The notes under the pieces: model-generated
What the model was told of the DNA's origin: nothing
Database searches by the model: none
Seen by the model: the letters and a program-made list of their open reading frames with translations, nothing else
From: a virus
DNA length: 64,000 nucleotides
IMG/VR virus record: IMGVR_UViG_3300042922_000850
Location: 102,759 to 166,758 of that record
Strand: one strand, 5' to 3'
Program-made: the position numbers and the translations under genes
Shown here: positions 27,125 to 35,893 of the stretch, piece after piece
Numbering within the stretch: position 1 is the first letter of the stretch
How the letters are laid out: each line of letters opens with the position of its first letter

Positions 27125-27476
27125 AAGTATTCGTTTCACTTTAAAAGAATTAATGGAGAGAGAGATCTATAAGCGAGCGAAACATATTAAATATGTGGAT
27201 AATGAAGGGTTGGATTTAAACATGGAGAAACCTATTCCGTCTGCGCCCGTGTTGTACTTCGAAGAATTAAAAGATGGCACGCTACTGGTAAAATTATGGG
27301 TCTGTAACAAAATGCCCGATGGATGGAGATTAAAATTTGGGGCATTAACAGCACCAAATGGTTTTCACTGGATATGTAACGGTAGAAGCAGATTTGATGT
27401 AGCGTACCGTGTAGCTTTATTGAGAGCCTATAATCAAACGTCTGAAACAACGCCGAATTTATGGTATAAGAAATAA
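27117..27476 (+). CDS. Hypothetical protein
   Basis: Overlaps previous stop; coding-like. Confidence 0.6.
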   Translation: MSRSIRFTLKELMEREIYKRAKHIKYVDNEGLDLNMEKPIPSAPVLYFEELKDGTLLVKLWVCNKMPDGWRLKFGALTAPNGFHWICNGRSRFDVAYRVALLRAYNQTSETTPNLWYKK

Positions 27477-27501
27477 AACAAAAGCGAAAGGAGCAACAAT
27501 T

Positions 27502-27687
27502 ATGATCACATCAAATGGACAAAGACTAGCGAAGGCATTAGTAAAGGTAAGTAAAAATGTAGTTATCGTAGCAGGTAGCGCAATAATAACGGGGGTTCTT
27601 ACAAAGAAAACCAGAGACGCAGTAGGCGAGATAGGAGAAGGAGCAAAACACATTTACAATGTAGTTGTAAATATAATTCAAAAATAA
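27502..27687 (+). CDS. Small amphipathic/hydrophobic protein, paralogue A
   Basis: AAAGGAG RBS; aligns with 27808-28011. Confidence 0.75.
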   Translation: MITSNGQRLAKALVKVSKNVVIVAGSAIITGVLTKKTRDAVGEIGEGAKHIYNVVVNIIQK

Positions 27688-27720
27688 TGAATTACAATTA
27701 AAATAAAGGGGTTGGGTACC

Positions 27721-27755
27721 GGGCAGGAATTATCCTGCCCTTTATTTTTGTTTTT
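27721..27755 (+). terminator. Intrinsic terminator
   Basis: GGGCAGGA-atta-TCCTGCCC-TTTATTTTTGTTTTT. Confidence 0.75.
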
Positions 27756-27807
27756 CATTATAGTCATAAAAAGAATTATAAATAAAAATTAAAAGGAGAA
27801 TATTATT

Positions 27808-28011
27808 ATGCCAAGTTCAAGTAAACAAAAATTAGGAAAAGCTACTGCTCAGGTGGCTAAAAATTTAGCTGTTGTTATCGTTGGCTCAGTAATAACCGGT
27901 ATATTAGCAACTAAGTCTAGGAATGCAATAATGGAAATCGCAGATGGGTGTAAGCAAGTGTATAACATCGGCGTGAATGTGTATTACGAAATTAAGGAGA
28001 ACAGAGAGTAA
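27808..28011 (+). CDS. Small amphipathic/hydrophobic protein, paralogue B
   Basis: AAAGGAG RBS; QKLGKA..QVAKN...GSVITGIL..KSRNA matches paralogue A. Confidence 0.75.
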   Translation: MPSSSKQKLGKATAQVAKNLAVVIVGSVITGILATKSRNAIMEIADGCKQVYNIGVNVYYEIKENRE

Positions 28012-28045
28012 ATCTGTTCTAAATATTTTGGGGAGAGGTGACAAT

Positions 28046-28894
28046 TTGGATGCACTATTAATGATGTTTAGTAAGGACTTGAAGCGATTGCCCTTTGATA
28101 ATATTATTCCGTATAATGAGAACGATTTGCTACTAATTGCAAACCCGTATTTGGCATTTCGGTTAACAAATATTGTGGATGATAATAATTCCTATTTCAG
28201 TATAAAGTCTGTTATGACAGAGCACACAGACCCTTTTGCTTGTGCGGATTTTAATCGGACTTGTACGGACTTTGCTGAAATAATGGAGGCGAGAATTGAA
28301 AGGTACTTTGTTACAAAAAAGGTAACATATTTATTCTTTGATGAAGAAGAACAGAATTTTCTAAAGACAATGTTTAGAAACAACACATTAACATCTTCCG
28401 TAATTCTGTATATGCGGACAAATGTGAGAGAGACATTTAAAGAAATCGATTACACGGATCTTGTGCGTAAAGAATACCTGGAAGTATCCAAGTATTTAAG
28501 ACGATTAAGAATTATGACGGTTGTAAGGCCAGATCAGTATTATTCAATGTATGTTTCTAGCAAAAAAGAATCAAAAGAGCGGTTTGAAAATCTGCGAAGG
28601 AACAAAGATAAGGAATTTATGAAGAAAATGTTTGATAGATATCCCAAACTAAAAGACATTAAAACAAAGTCACAATTCCGGACATATTATCTTGGGCTTT
28701 CAAAGAAATATCATCCAGATGCATCCCAAGGTAGCCATGAGATGTTTGCGGAGATCAGTGTTAACTTTGAATTGCTAAAAGAAACTTATTGGTATCGTTC
28801 CCTTACTGATGATGCGGAAGATACAACACAACAACAACAAGCAAGACCAAAAGAGTTTAATATCTTGCTGCAATCAAAAGAAGAGAAGAGGTGA
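28046..28894 (+). CDS. Protein with C-terminal J-domain (DnaJ-like co-chaperone)
   Basis: FRTYYLGLSKKYHPDASQGSHEMFAEISVNFELL: helix II-HPD-helix III; GGAGAGGTG RBS before TTG 28046. Confidence 0.75.
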   Translation: MDALLMMFSKDLKRLPFDNIIPYNENDLLLIANPYLAFRLTNIVDDNNSYFSIKSVMTEHTDPFACADFNRTCTDFAEIMEARIERYFVTKKVTYLFFDEEEQNFLKTMFRNNTLTSSVILYMRTNVRETFKEIDYTDLVRKEYLEVSKYLRRLRIMTVVRPDQYYSMYVSSKKESKERFENLRRNKDKEFMKKMFDRYPKLKDIKTKSQFRTYYLGLSKKYHPDASQGSHEMFAEISVNFELLKETYWYRSLTDDAEDTTQQQQARPKEFNILLQSKEEKR

Positions 28895-29511
28895 CCGCTG
28901 TGAATTTAGACATTATTAATGAAATCAATCAGGCGGTTGCTGAGGAAACAAAAGAAGTAAAGTCTGAGGAGCTCCAAGGCAAAGAAAAAATACTGGAGAA
29001 GAATGCTCAGACGGTTCATAAAATTGAGCAGGAGAAAATAACCTTATCTTCAAACCCTACAGATAAAGGTAAGTATGGGCTTAATCAATCGAAGCCTAAA
29101 GAAGAGAGTATCTTTAAGAAATCTTCCGGAGGCTCGCTAGATGATTTCTTTAAAGATAAAGAGACCGATAAGAAATCATCTAGCGGGTATAGCTCTTATG
29201 GGTATTCGGGATACAATCAGCCGAAGAAAGAAGAAACGAAGCAAGAAAAGGCCAGAGAGTTTGCCGGTGCATTCTCTAAGCGGGCAATGGAACATGCCCA
29301 CAAGGAGTGGCAGCACGAAGAAGAGGTTCAGAAGAATTCATGGAACATTTTTGAGCTGCAAGAGAAAGTAGAAGAAGAGCGCAGGAAAACTAGGTCATTA
29401 ACAAAAGAGGCTATAAAGAAATTACAGAACAAAGATATGTTGAAGAAGAGCTTCTTAAAAGGGCTTGCTAGCGCAGGTAAGGGAATTATCGAATATCTGT
29501 ATAACAAATAA
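28891..29511 (+). CDS. Highly charged low-complexity protein with C-terminal amphipathic helix
   Basis: K/E/S-rich; ends FLKGLASAGKGIIEYLYNK; GTGA overlap with J-protein. Confidence 0.7.
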   Translation: MTAVNLDIINEINQAVAEETKEVKSEELQGKEKILEKNAQTVHKIEQEKITLSSNPTDKGKYGLNQSKPKEESIFKKSSGGSLDDFFKDKETDKKSSSGYSSYGYSGYNQPKKEETKQEKAREFAGAFSKRAMEHAHKEWQHEEEVQKNSWNIFELQEKVEEERRKTRSLTKEAIKKLQNKDMLKKSFLKGLASAGKGIIEYLYNK

Positions 29512-29535
29512 CTTATTTAATTGGAGGAAAATACA

Positions 29536-29727
29536 ATGCCAAAAGGACTTGAATATTGGAAACAGGAACTTATAGGAGCAGCAAAGAAATTGGTTATAGA
29601 CACGGTGATTTATACTGTGAAGAATATCATCGCTAGTTTTGTAGAAGAACATCTTATCAAACGCCCGATGAAGAAGATTTTCACCATCAATAAAAGATGG
29701 GGATGGGACGACGATTTTGCTTTATAA
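29536..29727 (+). CDS. Small amphipathic protein
   Basis: GGAGG RBS before ATG 29536. Confidence 0.7.
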   Translation: MPKGLEYWKQELIGAAKKLVIDTVIYTVKNIIASFVEEHLIKRPMKKIFTINKRWGWDDDFAL

Positions 29728-29739
29728 GAAATAAACTTT

Positions 29740-29821
29740 CTCATATATATCACAAACATATTTTATATATATGAGGGGTCGCCCTCATATATATAAATCG
29801 TTTGACTTTTATATATATGAG
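29740..29821. repeat. Four alternating-orientation copies of CTCATATATAT including a perfect 16-bp inverted repeat
   Basis: Copies at 29740, 29765 (rc), 29784, 29811 (rc); TTTATATATATGAGGG-gtcg-CCCTCATATATATAAA at 29762-29797. Confidence 0.85.
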
Positions 29822-29831
29822 GTGATATAAT
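29802..29831 (+). promoter_or_regulatory. Sigma-A type promoter overlapping the repeat array
   Basis: TTGACT-18 bp-TATAAT with TG extended -10. Confidence 0.65.
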
Positions 29832-29861
29832 ATTCTCAAAAGAACAGTGGAGGGTATTATT

Positions 29862-30047
29862 ATGGAAAATGGAAATGTAACTGAAGTATTAACAAAAGAA
29901 AACGAGCAGTTATTAAAGGATGTAAAGAATGTTCTTCTCTCTGTGTCTGTTGGTGCGGCTGGATATTTTTTAATAGAACTTGGAAAAGGAATAATTAATG
30001 CTGTTGTAAAAAACGGATTAAATGTTCCTGAGTTACCCAAAAAATAA
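29862..30047 (+). CDS. Small hydrophobic/amphipathic protein
   Basis: VLLSVSVGAAGYFLIELGKGIINAVV; GGAGG RBS. Confidence 0.7.
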   Translation: MENGNVTEVLTKENEQLLKDVKNVLLSVSVGAAGYFLIELGKGIINAVVKNGLNVPELPKK

Positions 30048-30059
30048 GGGGGCAATGAA

Positions 30060-31952
30060 TTGATTATAGTTGGTTTTGATTTCAAAAAGAACATGATCGT
30101 CATGGTTACACAAACACAAGAAGATTACGATGTACTACGTGCACAACGTGAACTCAGTAATATTGGCTGTTGCGAAATGCAGAAGTCGGTATTCGAGGTA
30201 CCGGTAAAAAGTGTCTATTCTCTCAATACTATTCTGGGCGCAATAAAAGACAGAATTACTGTTGATAATAGCTTTAATATCTGGAAACAGAAGCAAAAAG
30301 TCGTCGCACCGGTTTTAATTCGGTGCGGCGTAATTTATAGTCGGGTTTATCCAGGGCAACTCCAATTACCGATAAAAGAAATTGAAGAAGCAACAAGGTT
30401 TTTCCTCAAAGCGGCTGTGAATATGAAAAAGTACAAAGAGGGGAAATGGGACGGATACGTTAATTTATACGATAGAAGAGAAAGAAAATTCCCGACCGGG
30501 TTGTTACCAAAAATACAGGAAGTACTTGATAAAAAGGAGATTCCGTATAATATAGAGATCGTTTATGAAGAGGCGCCAAAACCTGAGTTTAATTGGAGAG
30601 TGGAAGATGGCCTTACACCTGACCCCGATCAATACGATGCTATCGATGCAGGTATTAAAGGCAGGAGAGGCATTATTAAAGCTCCGACTGGATTTGGTAA
30701 AACGGCAATCCTGGCAAAGAGATTGACTGCTAATTTCAGTGTGCCAACTTTATTTGTTGCGAATAAAAAGACATTGCTTGATGATGCTGCCGAAGAGTTT
30801 AGGGATGGTATCAAGGGGCTGAAGAAGACTGATGTTATTCAGATTAAAGATGGTTGGTTTGGGAGTATTAAAATCGACGGTAACACAAAGGCGGAGGACA
30901 TTAAGCCGTTAACCGCTCCGATTATCGTTGCAACGATACAATCGTTGCATGCAAGATTTATTGACCCTAGAACAAAACCATATTTACTTCATTGGTTACA
31001 TAATGTCTGTAAGTTTGTTATGGTTGATGAAACACAGGCTGTCGGCACTCCGATATGGGATGAAGTACTTTCAGAATGCTATGCTCCGTATAGAATATTC
31101 TTATCTGCGACACCTAGAAGAACTGATGGAGCTACTATAAAAATAGAGGCTTATTCTGGATGTTGGTTATATTCCACTACTGCGGCAGAACAGATAGAAA
31201 AGGGTCGCTTATGTGAATTGGATATCCTCTATCAAACTTACGACCACCATCTATACAATGATGACGACGCTGACCTTGTGTACGCAGATATGTATCGCAT
31301 GTGTATTGTGGAAAATGATGAGCGCAACAAAGAGTGTGTTGTTAAGCCTACGCTAGAAATGCTCGCTGAAGGCCGCCACGTCCTCGTACTCATTCAATCT
31401 ATAGACCATGGCACAATTCTTCAAAGATTGTTTTACGAGGCTGGATTAGATGCAGAAGACGTTCGTTTTATATGGGGAGAAACTCCGGATAAAATTAGAA
31501 CAGCAGCAATTAAAGAATTTCGTAAGGGTGAATTTAAAGTTATGATTGGCAGTACTATCTTTGACGCGGGTGTAAATATCCCTGTTATTTCTGGGGTGGT
31601 CCTTGCCGGTGCAGGTAATTCTGATATCACACTAATTCAGCGTATTGGTAGGGGTGCGAGAAATTCTGATTATGAAGAAATTCTTGGATACCTGCCAGAG
31701 TTTATGAAAAAGAACGACGGGAAAAAGATTACAAAGGTATACGACATTATTGACATGAATAGTAAGTTCTTTCACAAACAGAGTAAGAACCGGTATTACA
31801 ACGCGCGTGAGGAATTTGGCGCAGACCGTGTGCACGTCGCGGGTGGAGACAACTCGGCTCTTCGGAAGACACCTAAACGAACTGTGGAAGTGCGGAAAGC
31901 AGTCGATCAATTTTCTGCCCAACTTGATATGTTGGACCAATTTGCAAGATAA
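30060..31952 (+). CDS. Superfamily 2 helicase (UvsW/Rad25-like, DExx)
   Basis: APTGFGKT, VMVDETQ, LSATP, IFDAGVNIP, QRIGRGAR. Confidence 0.92.
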   Translation: MIIVGFDFKKNMIVMVTQTQEDYDVLRAQRELSNIGCCEMQKSVFEVPVKSVYSLNTILGAIKDRITVDNSFNIWKQKQKVVAPVLIRCGVIYSRVYPGQLQLPIKEIEEATRFFLKAAVNMKKYKEGKWDGYVNLYDRRERKFPTGLLPKIQEVLDKKEIPYNIEIVYEEAPKPEFNWRVEDGLTPDPDQYDAIDAGIKGRRGIIKAPTGFGKTAILAKRLTANFSVPTLFVANKKTLLDDAAEEFRDGIKGLKKTDVIQIKDGWFGSIKIDGNTKAEDIKPLTAPIIVATIQSLHARFIDPRTKPYLLHWLHNVCKFVMVDETQAVGTPIWDEVLSECYAPYRIFLSATPRRTDGATIKIEAYSGCWLYSTTAAEQIEKGRLCELDILYQTYDHHLYNDDDADLVYADMYRMCIVENDERNKECVVKPTLEMLAEGRHVLVLIQSIDHGTILQRLFYEAGLDAEDVRFIWGETPDKIRTAAIKEFRKGEFKVMIGSTIFDAGVNIPVISGVVLAGAGNSDITLIQRIGRGARNSDYEEILGYLPEFMKKNDGKKITKVYDIIDMNSKFFHKQSKNRYYNAREEFGADRVHVAGGDNSALRKTPKRTVEVRKAVDQFSAQLDMLDQFAR

Positions 31953-31965
31953 ACTAATTTAGAAG

Positions 31966-32160
31966 GTGGCGGTTGAAATGAATAGGAACAGACCCATTGT
32001 ATCAAACGAAGAGTTACAGGATAGCTATGACTTGCTTAAAAGACAATTCGAGTATCTGCATGAGAGGTTAGTCTATTTAGAAAGGCGCAGGTGGTGGCAG
32101 TTCTGGAAACCAAAGACAGCATATGAGTACAGAAAAGAAGACGGTTATTATGGAAAATAA
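31966..32160 (+). CDS. Small hypothetical protein
   Basis: Coiled coil then RRRWWQFW. Confidence 0.6.
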   Translation: MAVEMNRNRPIVSNEELQDSYDLLKRQFEYLHERLVYLERRRWWQFWKPKTAYEYRKEDGYYGK

Positions 32161-32314
32161 AAATTATTGCATTGTCGGGGATATGCTTTGCAGGTGTTTT
32201 GGAAGGTGCGAGTATTGTAAGAAGGACCCTGGATGCCCTAGCCGTAGAGGAAGTCATAGAAATTGCTTCGAATGTATATGCCAAGACAAAGAAACAAAAC
32301 GTTGTGTAATTTGA
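32150..32314 (+). CDS. Small Cys-rich protein (10 Cys in 54 aa)
   Basis: MENKNYCIVGDMLCRCFGRCEYCKKDPGC...CFECICQDKETKRCVI. Confidence 0.55.
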   Translation: MENKNYCIVGDMLCRCFGRCEYCKKDPGCPSRRGSHRNCFECICQDKETKRCVI

Positions 32315-32328
32315 AAGGAGATGGTCGT

Positions 32329-32793
32329 GTGAAAGAAATCTTAGGTGGAAAGTTAGATAATGCACTTCCCTTTTTAAAGATTAATGCTAATAAGACGTAT
32401 CAATCAAAAGACAATGGATATCAGGTTTGGGAGTTGGCCGATGAAGAGTACGAAAAACTGTGCCAGGTTACTTATGAACAGTGGGGTGACCAAGAAGGTT
32501 GGTGGCGCTGTGCCGAAAGTTCTAATATGGGCGATGTATGTCGAAGATACAACGCAAATCATCACTACTTACTAGCTTGGGACGGCTATGGGCGAAAGGA
32601 TAGAGAAGAAGAGAATAAAAGTTTGTCGCCTGACGATAGATATTCTGTGCCAAGAAAGTACTGCAATTTAACCGAATACTTTTCCGAAGAAATAGGAGTA
32701 TGCATGGAGAAAAACATATGCGCTCTATCCATTGATTTGGCAAAACAAAATGGTATTACATTGAGTGAATTGTTTCGTAAGTATCAAGGATAA
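32329..32793 (+). CDS. Hypothetical phage protein
   Basis: AAAGGAG RBS before GTG 32329. Confidence 0.7.
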   Translation: MKEILGGKLDNALPFLKINANKTYQSKDNGYQVWELADEEYEKLCQVTYEQWGDQEGWWRCAESSNMGDVCRRYNANHHYLLAWDGYGRKDREEENKSLSPDDRYSVPRKYCNLTEYFSEEIGVCMEKNICALSIDLAKQNGITLSELFRKYQG

Positions 32794-32805
32794 GGAGATT
32801 TAACT

Positions 32806-32994
32806 ATGGAATTAATAATGAGCTATGAGTTAAATAACAAGCATCCGGATTTAAATACAATAATAGTTGGTGTATTGGATGACGACGGAACTATCTCTAT
32901 TTTAAATTGCATGCAAGATAAGAAAGATAGTATCAACCTAAGCAAATTTCTTAATCTACATGGATATGAAATTGAAATCCGAAAAAGAGATTAG
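32806..32994 (+). CDS. Small hypothetical protein
   Basis: AAGGAG RBS. Confidence 0.65.
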   Translation: MELIMSYELNNKHPDLNTIIVGVLDDDGTISILNCMQDKKDSINLSKFLNLHGYEIEIRKRD

Positions 32995-32995
32995 A

Positions 32996-33019
32996 AAAGA
33001 GGGCCTTCGGGCCCTCTTT
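32996..33019. terminator. Bidirectional terminator at convergence of the two genome arms
   Basis: AAAGAGGGCC-TTCG-GGCCCTCTTT (cUUCGg tetraloop) between convergent stops. Confidence 0.85.
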
Positions 33020-33021
33020 AT

Positions 33022-33711
33022 TTATATCGTTATTCCTCTAAAAACCATGCCCCTCAGATCACCATTGATTTCGCTAATCGTCTTCTCAGCATCGCTGATC
33101 ATATCTGCGATTGTGCCGAGATACATATCAAAGATTACAGCTTGGCGTGTATAGCAATCCGCATAAAAACGTGATCCACAAATTAACGGGATTGTTTCCT
33201 CTAACCGTTTAATACGAGGTTCATACCACTTATTAAACTTTGCCATAACGGTGTCTAAAACCCTCTGTTCGTCTGCGGTATAATCACTTGTTTTATAGTA
33301 CCGGTTAAGAGCCTCAACACCATTACGCAAACACTCTAAGTTTCGATTATAGAGTTTATTGCATTCATCTTCCCCTTCAACTAAACAATGCGACATGCAT
33401 TGTTCAATTTCTTCTGCAAGCTCCATTAAAAGGTCATGCCGGATCTGAATTTCGTTTAGTAAAAGATTGCGAAACACTTCCTGTTTTCCTTTATTTTCTA
33501 AGAAAAATCCAGTCTTAATATAACTTTGATAGGCTTTTAATCTAGCGAACACCGGATGATGTTTTAATTTAACATGACTAGTTGCTAGTGCCTCTTCCTT
33601 CTTTTTCTTCTTTTTTTCTGAAAACCGGTACGTCAGGATAATTGGTAAAATAACAACTAAAACTGCAAATACCCCGGTAACAATCTCTTTTCCAATTTCA
33701 ACATTTCCCAC
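33022..33711 (-). CDS. Single-TM membrane protein downstream of endolysin (possible lysis accessory)
   Basis: N-terminal TM (IVTGVFAVLVVILPIILTY) followed by poly-Lys; function inferred only from position. Confidence 0.6.
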   Translation of the reverse strand: MGNVEIGKEIVTGVFAVLVVILPIILTYRFSEKKKKKKEEALATSHVKLKHHPVFARLKAYQSYIKTGFFLENKGKQEVFRNLLLNEIQIRHDLLMELAEEIEQCMSHCLVEGEDECNKLYNRNLECLRNGVEALNRYYKTSDYTADEQRVLDTVMAKFNKWYEPRIKRLEETIPLICGSRFYADCYTRQAVIFDMYLGTIADMISDAEKTISEINGDLRGMVFRGITI

Positions 33712-33846
33712 ACCTCATTCCATCCCTTCTGTCAATTTATTAGCAATACAAGTATCGTTGAGCTTACAGTCATTGTGCTCTACATACACATTATAACTAA
33801 AATTAATTTGTATTTCTACTAAATGAATGCGATTAGGGAAAATTAT

Positions 33847-33880
33847 GAAAAAAATGGAGCCATCTTACTGGCTCCATTTT
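33847..33880 (-). terminator. Terminator after endolysin
   Basis: AAAATGGAGCCA-6 nt-TGGCTCCATTTT with A-run giving U-tract on - strand. Confidence 0.7.
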
Positions 33881-33882
33881 AA

Positions 33883-34668
33883 TTATTGTTCACTAGAATT
33901 AATATTTGCTTCCGGGAAACCTGCAGCTTTAACTTTCTTTAACAGGTTTTCTGCATAAGCATAATTTTCAAATGCCCCAACCTGTACGCGGTGAACCGTT
34001 TTTGTAGCCGGTTTCTCCGAGGTGTAATCTACTTTAAGGTACTCACAAACGCCCTTTGCAATTTCAATAGCGCATTCTCTCCAAAACAGCACATTGCCGA
34101 CCATGTTGGTGGCTTCTGCCAGATTGGTCATGAAAGCAAGTTCGACAAGAATGGCTGCTTTTACTTGAAGCTTAGGGCAATTAACCATTGCAAGACCATC
34201 CGGTGTTACACCGCGATTTGTCTGCTTAGTCCCCTGAGCCAAATGTTTCATAACCATATCACCGAGTTTTTTAGAATCTCCGGCATACTGATCATGGATG
34301 TATATGCCAATGCCCTTGGCTGTGTTAAAGGTCTTTCCATCGCCAAATGCATTGAAGTGTACGCTAACAACTAAATCACAGTCTGCCTTCGCTATGGCAC
34401 TCTGGCGAGCCGAGAGAGCGGTGTCTGCATCGTCGTCAGAGTCAGCGTCGTTCCATCCTGTCTTGAAGGTCTTTATGCCACAACGTTGTAGCTCTTCATT
34501 TAAGAATAATGCTACTCCTACGTTTGCGGTATGCTCTTTGATTGGTTGCCCCTTTTTAATATCAGTTTTTCCATTTTTGTCAAAATCGATATTGGTGGGC
34601 ATTGGTGGTGTTCTTTTGCCGGCTGTATTGCTACCGTGACCGGCATCAATTGCAACTCTAAAACTCAT
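33883..34668 (-). CDS. Endolysin: N-acetylmuramoyl-L-alanine amidase (Amidase_3) + SPOR domain
   Basis: IDAGHG, KEH, SVHFNA, LVELAFMTN; C-terminal HRVQVGAF...AGF SPOR. Confidence 0.93.
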   Translation of the reverse strand: MSFRVAIDAGHGSNTAGKRTPPMPTNIDFDKNGKTDIKKGQPIKEHTANVGVALFLNEELQRCGIKTFKTGWNDADSDDDADTALSARQSAIAKADCDLVVSVHFNAFGDGKTFNTAKGIGIYIHDQYAGDSKKLGDMVMKHLAQGTKQTNRGVTPDGLAMVNCPKLQVKAAILVELAFMTNLAEATNMVGNVLFWRECAIEIAKGVCEYLKVDYTSEKPATKTVHRVQVGAFENYAYAENLLKKVKAAGFPEANINSSEQ

Positions 34669-34680
34669 AGGTATCCCTCC

Positions 34681-34998
34681 TTATTTCTTAAACCGCTTCC
34701 ACAATTCATTAAAAGTATCCCAACCATGAGTTGTAATGTATGATATTGCAAGGCTTGCAACAAAGACAGCAAAAATATGGTACCATTCTATTGCGATTTT
34801 GGCATATGTCGCATAAGCAAAATACGCCGGGATGCAAAGAACGATAGAAACAATCATTGTCCACGTTTTCGTCGGGATCTTTTTAATAAGCCATACCTCT
34901 TTGGTTAGCTCTACAATAAAAGAAACAATGAAAGCAGCGATACCAAAAACTGTTGCGATAGCGGGTAGCAAGTTCGATAGTTCGTTTAACTGGTTCAT
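34681..34998 (-). CDS. Holin (3 TM)
   Basis: Three hydrophobic segments, basic C-terminus, directly upstream of endolysin. Confidence 0.8.
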   Translation of the reverse strand: MNQLNELSNLLPAIATVFGIAAFIVSFIVELTKEVWLIKKIPTKTWTMIVSIVLCIPAYFAYATYAKIAIEWYHIFAVFVASLAISYITTHGWDTFNELWKRFKK

Positions 34999-35069
34999 AA
35001 ATAAATCCTCCTTTTATAATTATTATAGTCTACAGAATATAGACTGTATCCAACGTAATTAAGTAGTGA

Positions 35070-35100
35070 TACCCCATATGAGAGGTTCTCATATGGGGTA
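35070..35100 (-). terminator. Hairpin between tail-accessory genes and holin
   Basis: TACCCCATATGAGA-ggt-TCTCATATGGGGTA; weak U-tract. Confidence 0.5.
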
Positions 35101-35105
35101 AATTA

Positions 35106-35306
35106 TTACTGTTGCTGTAACGGATCTCCGTTACCGTCAAGTCCCATAGCTGTAAGATCTGCTAACACTGCTGTTCTTAAGTGTGCTGGAACCTGTTCGA
35201 TGGTTCTTCTCTTATTCATGATAAGAGTTACGTAAACATCAATAATCGCCATAATATCTCCTCCTTTCAGTAAAGCTATAATAAGCTTTAATTTTAGCAA
35301 AAACAT
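35106..35306 (-). CDS. CD1375-like small phage protein (internal second start at 35252)
   Basis: MAIIDVYVTLIMNKRRTIEQVPAHLRTAV; AAAGGAGG precedes the internal ATG. Confidence 0.7.
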   Translation of the reverse strand: MFLLKLKLIIALLKGGDIMAIIDVYVTLIMNKRRTIEQVPAHLRTAVLADLTAMGLDGNGDPLQQQ

Positions 35307-35322
35307 TAAACATCAACCTCCT

Positions 35323-35463
35323 TTAATTGGTAGGCTGTGTATTTGCTGCCACATCTGCATCTATCAACGCCTGTACATCAGCCCTTAAATTACTCGGCAC
35401 CTGGTCGATTGTTCTACTCCCGGCCTTAACAAGTTCGTAGTATACTGTTGTTATTGCACTCAT
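35323..35463 (-). CDS. CD1375-like small phage protein, paralogue (not in ORF track)
   Basis: MSAITTVYYELVKAGSRTIDQVPSNLRADVQALIDAD...; GGGAGG RBS. Confidence 0.7.
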   Translation of the reverse strand: MSAITTVYYELVKAGSRTIDQVPSNLRADVQALIDADVAANTQPTN

Positions 35464-35479
35464 AATTTATTATCCTCCC

Positions 35480-35878
35480 TTATGGTTGAACTGGCAGCAA
35501 CTCATATATCTCCGCTATTGCCTCAAATGCTGTTAAGTTACTAAGTTGTGCATCTGCTAGCTGAGCATTTAATTCTATGTTTTTAGCCTCCAACAAAACA
35601 ACTTTTTCGTCAACTGTCGGAGTCCTTGGAACTAACTCCTCTTCATGAAGTACACCTTGTTCATCTGTGTAAGATGCAATGTAGAAAACTCCTCCTCTGT
35701 AGATATTCCCTATTGATAATGGGTACTGAGTGGTGTCTACAGCAAAGGCAAATTCGCCATAATTAAATTTAGCTATTTGATTAGCTACTTCATAATTATC
35801 ACAAACAATGATATTTTGCACTACATTATCTGTCTCGCTAACAGGTGTAATTAAACTAAATATTTGATTTACCCACAT
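35480..35878 (-). CDS. Tail-fibre-associated protein with C-terminal coiled coil
   Basis: Position after adhesin; VVQNIIVC...AIAEIYE. Confidence 0.6.
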   Translation of the reverse strand: MWVNQIFSLITPVSETDNVVQNIIVCDNYEVANQIAKFNYGEFAFAVDTTQYPLSIGNIYRGGVFYIASYTDEQGVLHEEELVPRTPTVDEKVVLLEAKNIELNAQLADAQLSNLTAFEAIAEIYELLPVQP

Positions 35879-35893
35879 AGTTATATCTCCTTT

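Noticed and set aside
29750-30103. 117-aa - strand ORF across the repeat array
   Set aside because: Overlaps the promoter, repeats and two + strand genes; no RBS.
1326-32743. Many - strand and alternate-frame ORFs in the left arm (e.g. 2991-3347, 11669-12004, 16262-16693, 22219-22626)
   Set aside because: They lie inside longer well-supported genes, lack RBSs and have shadow-ORF composition.
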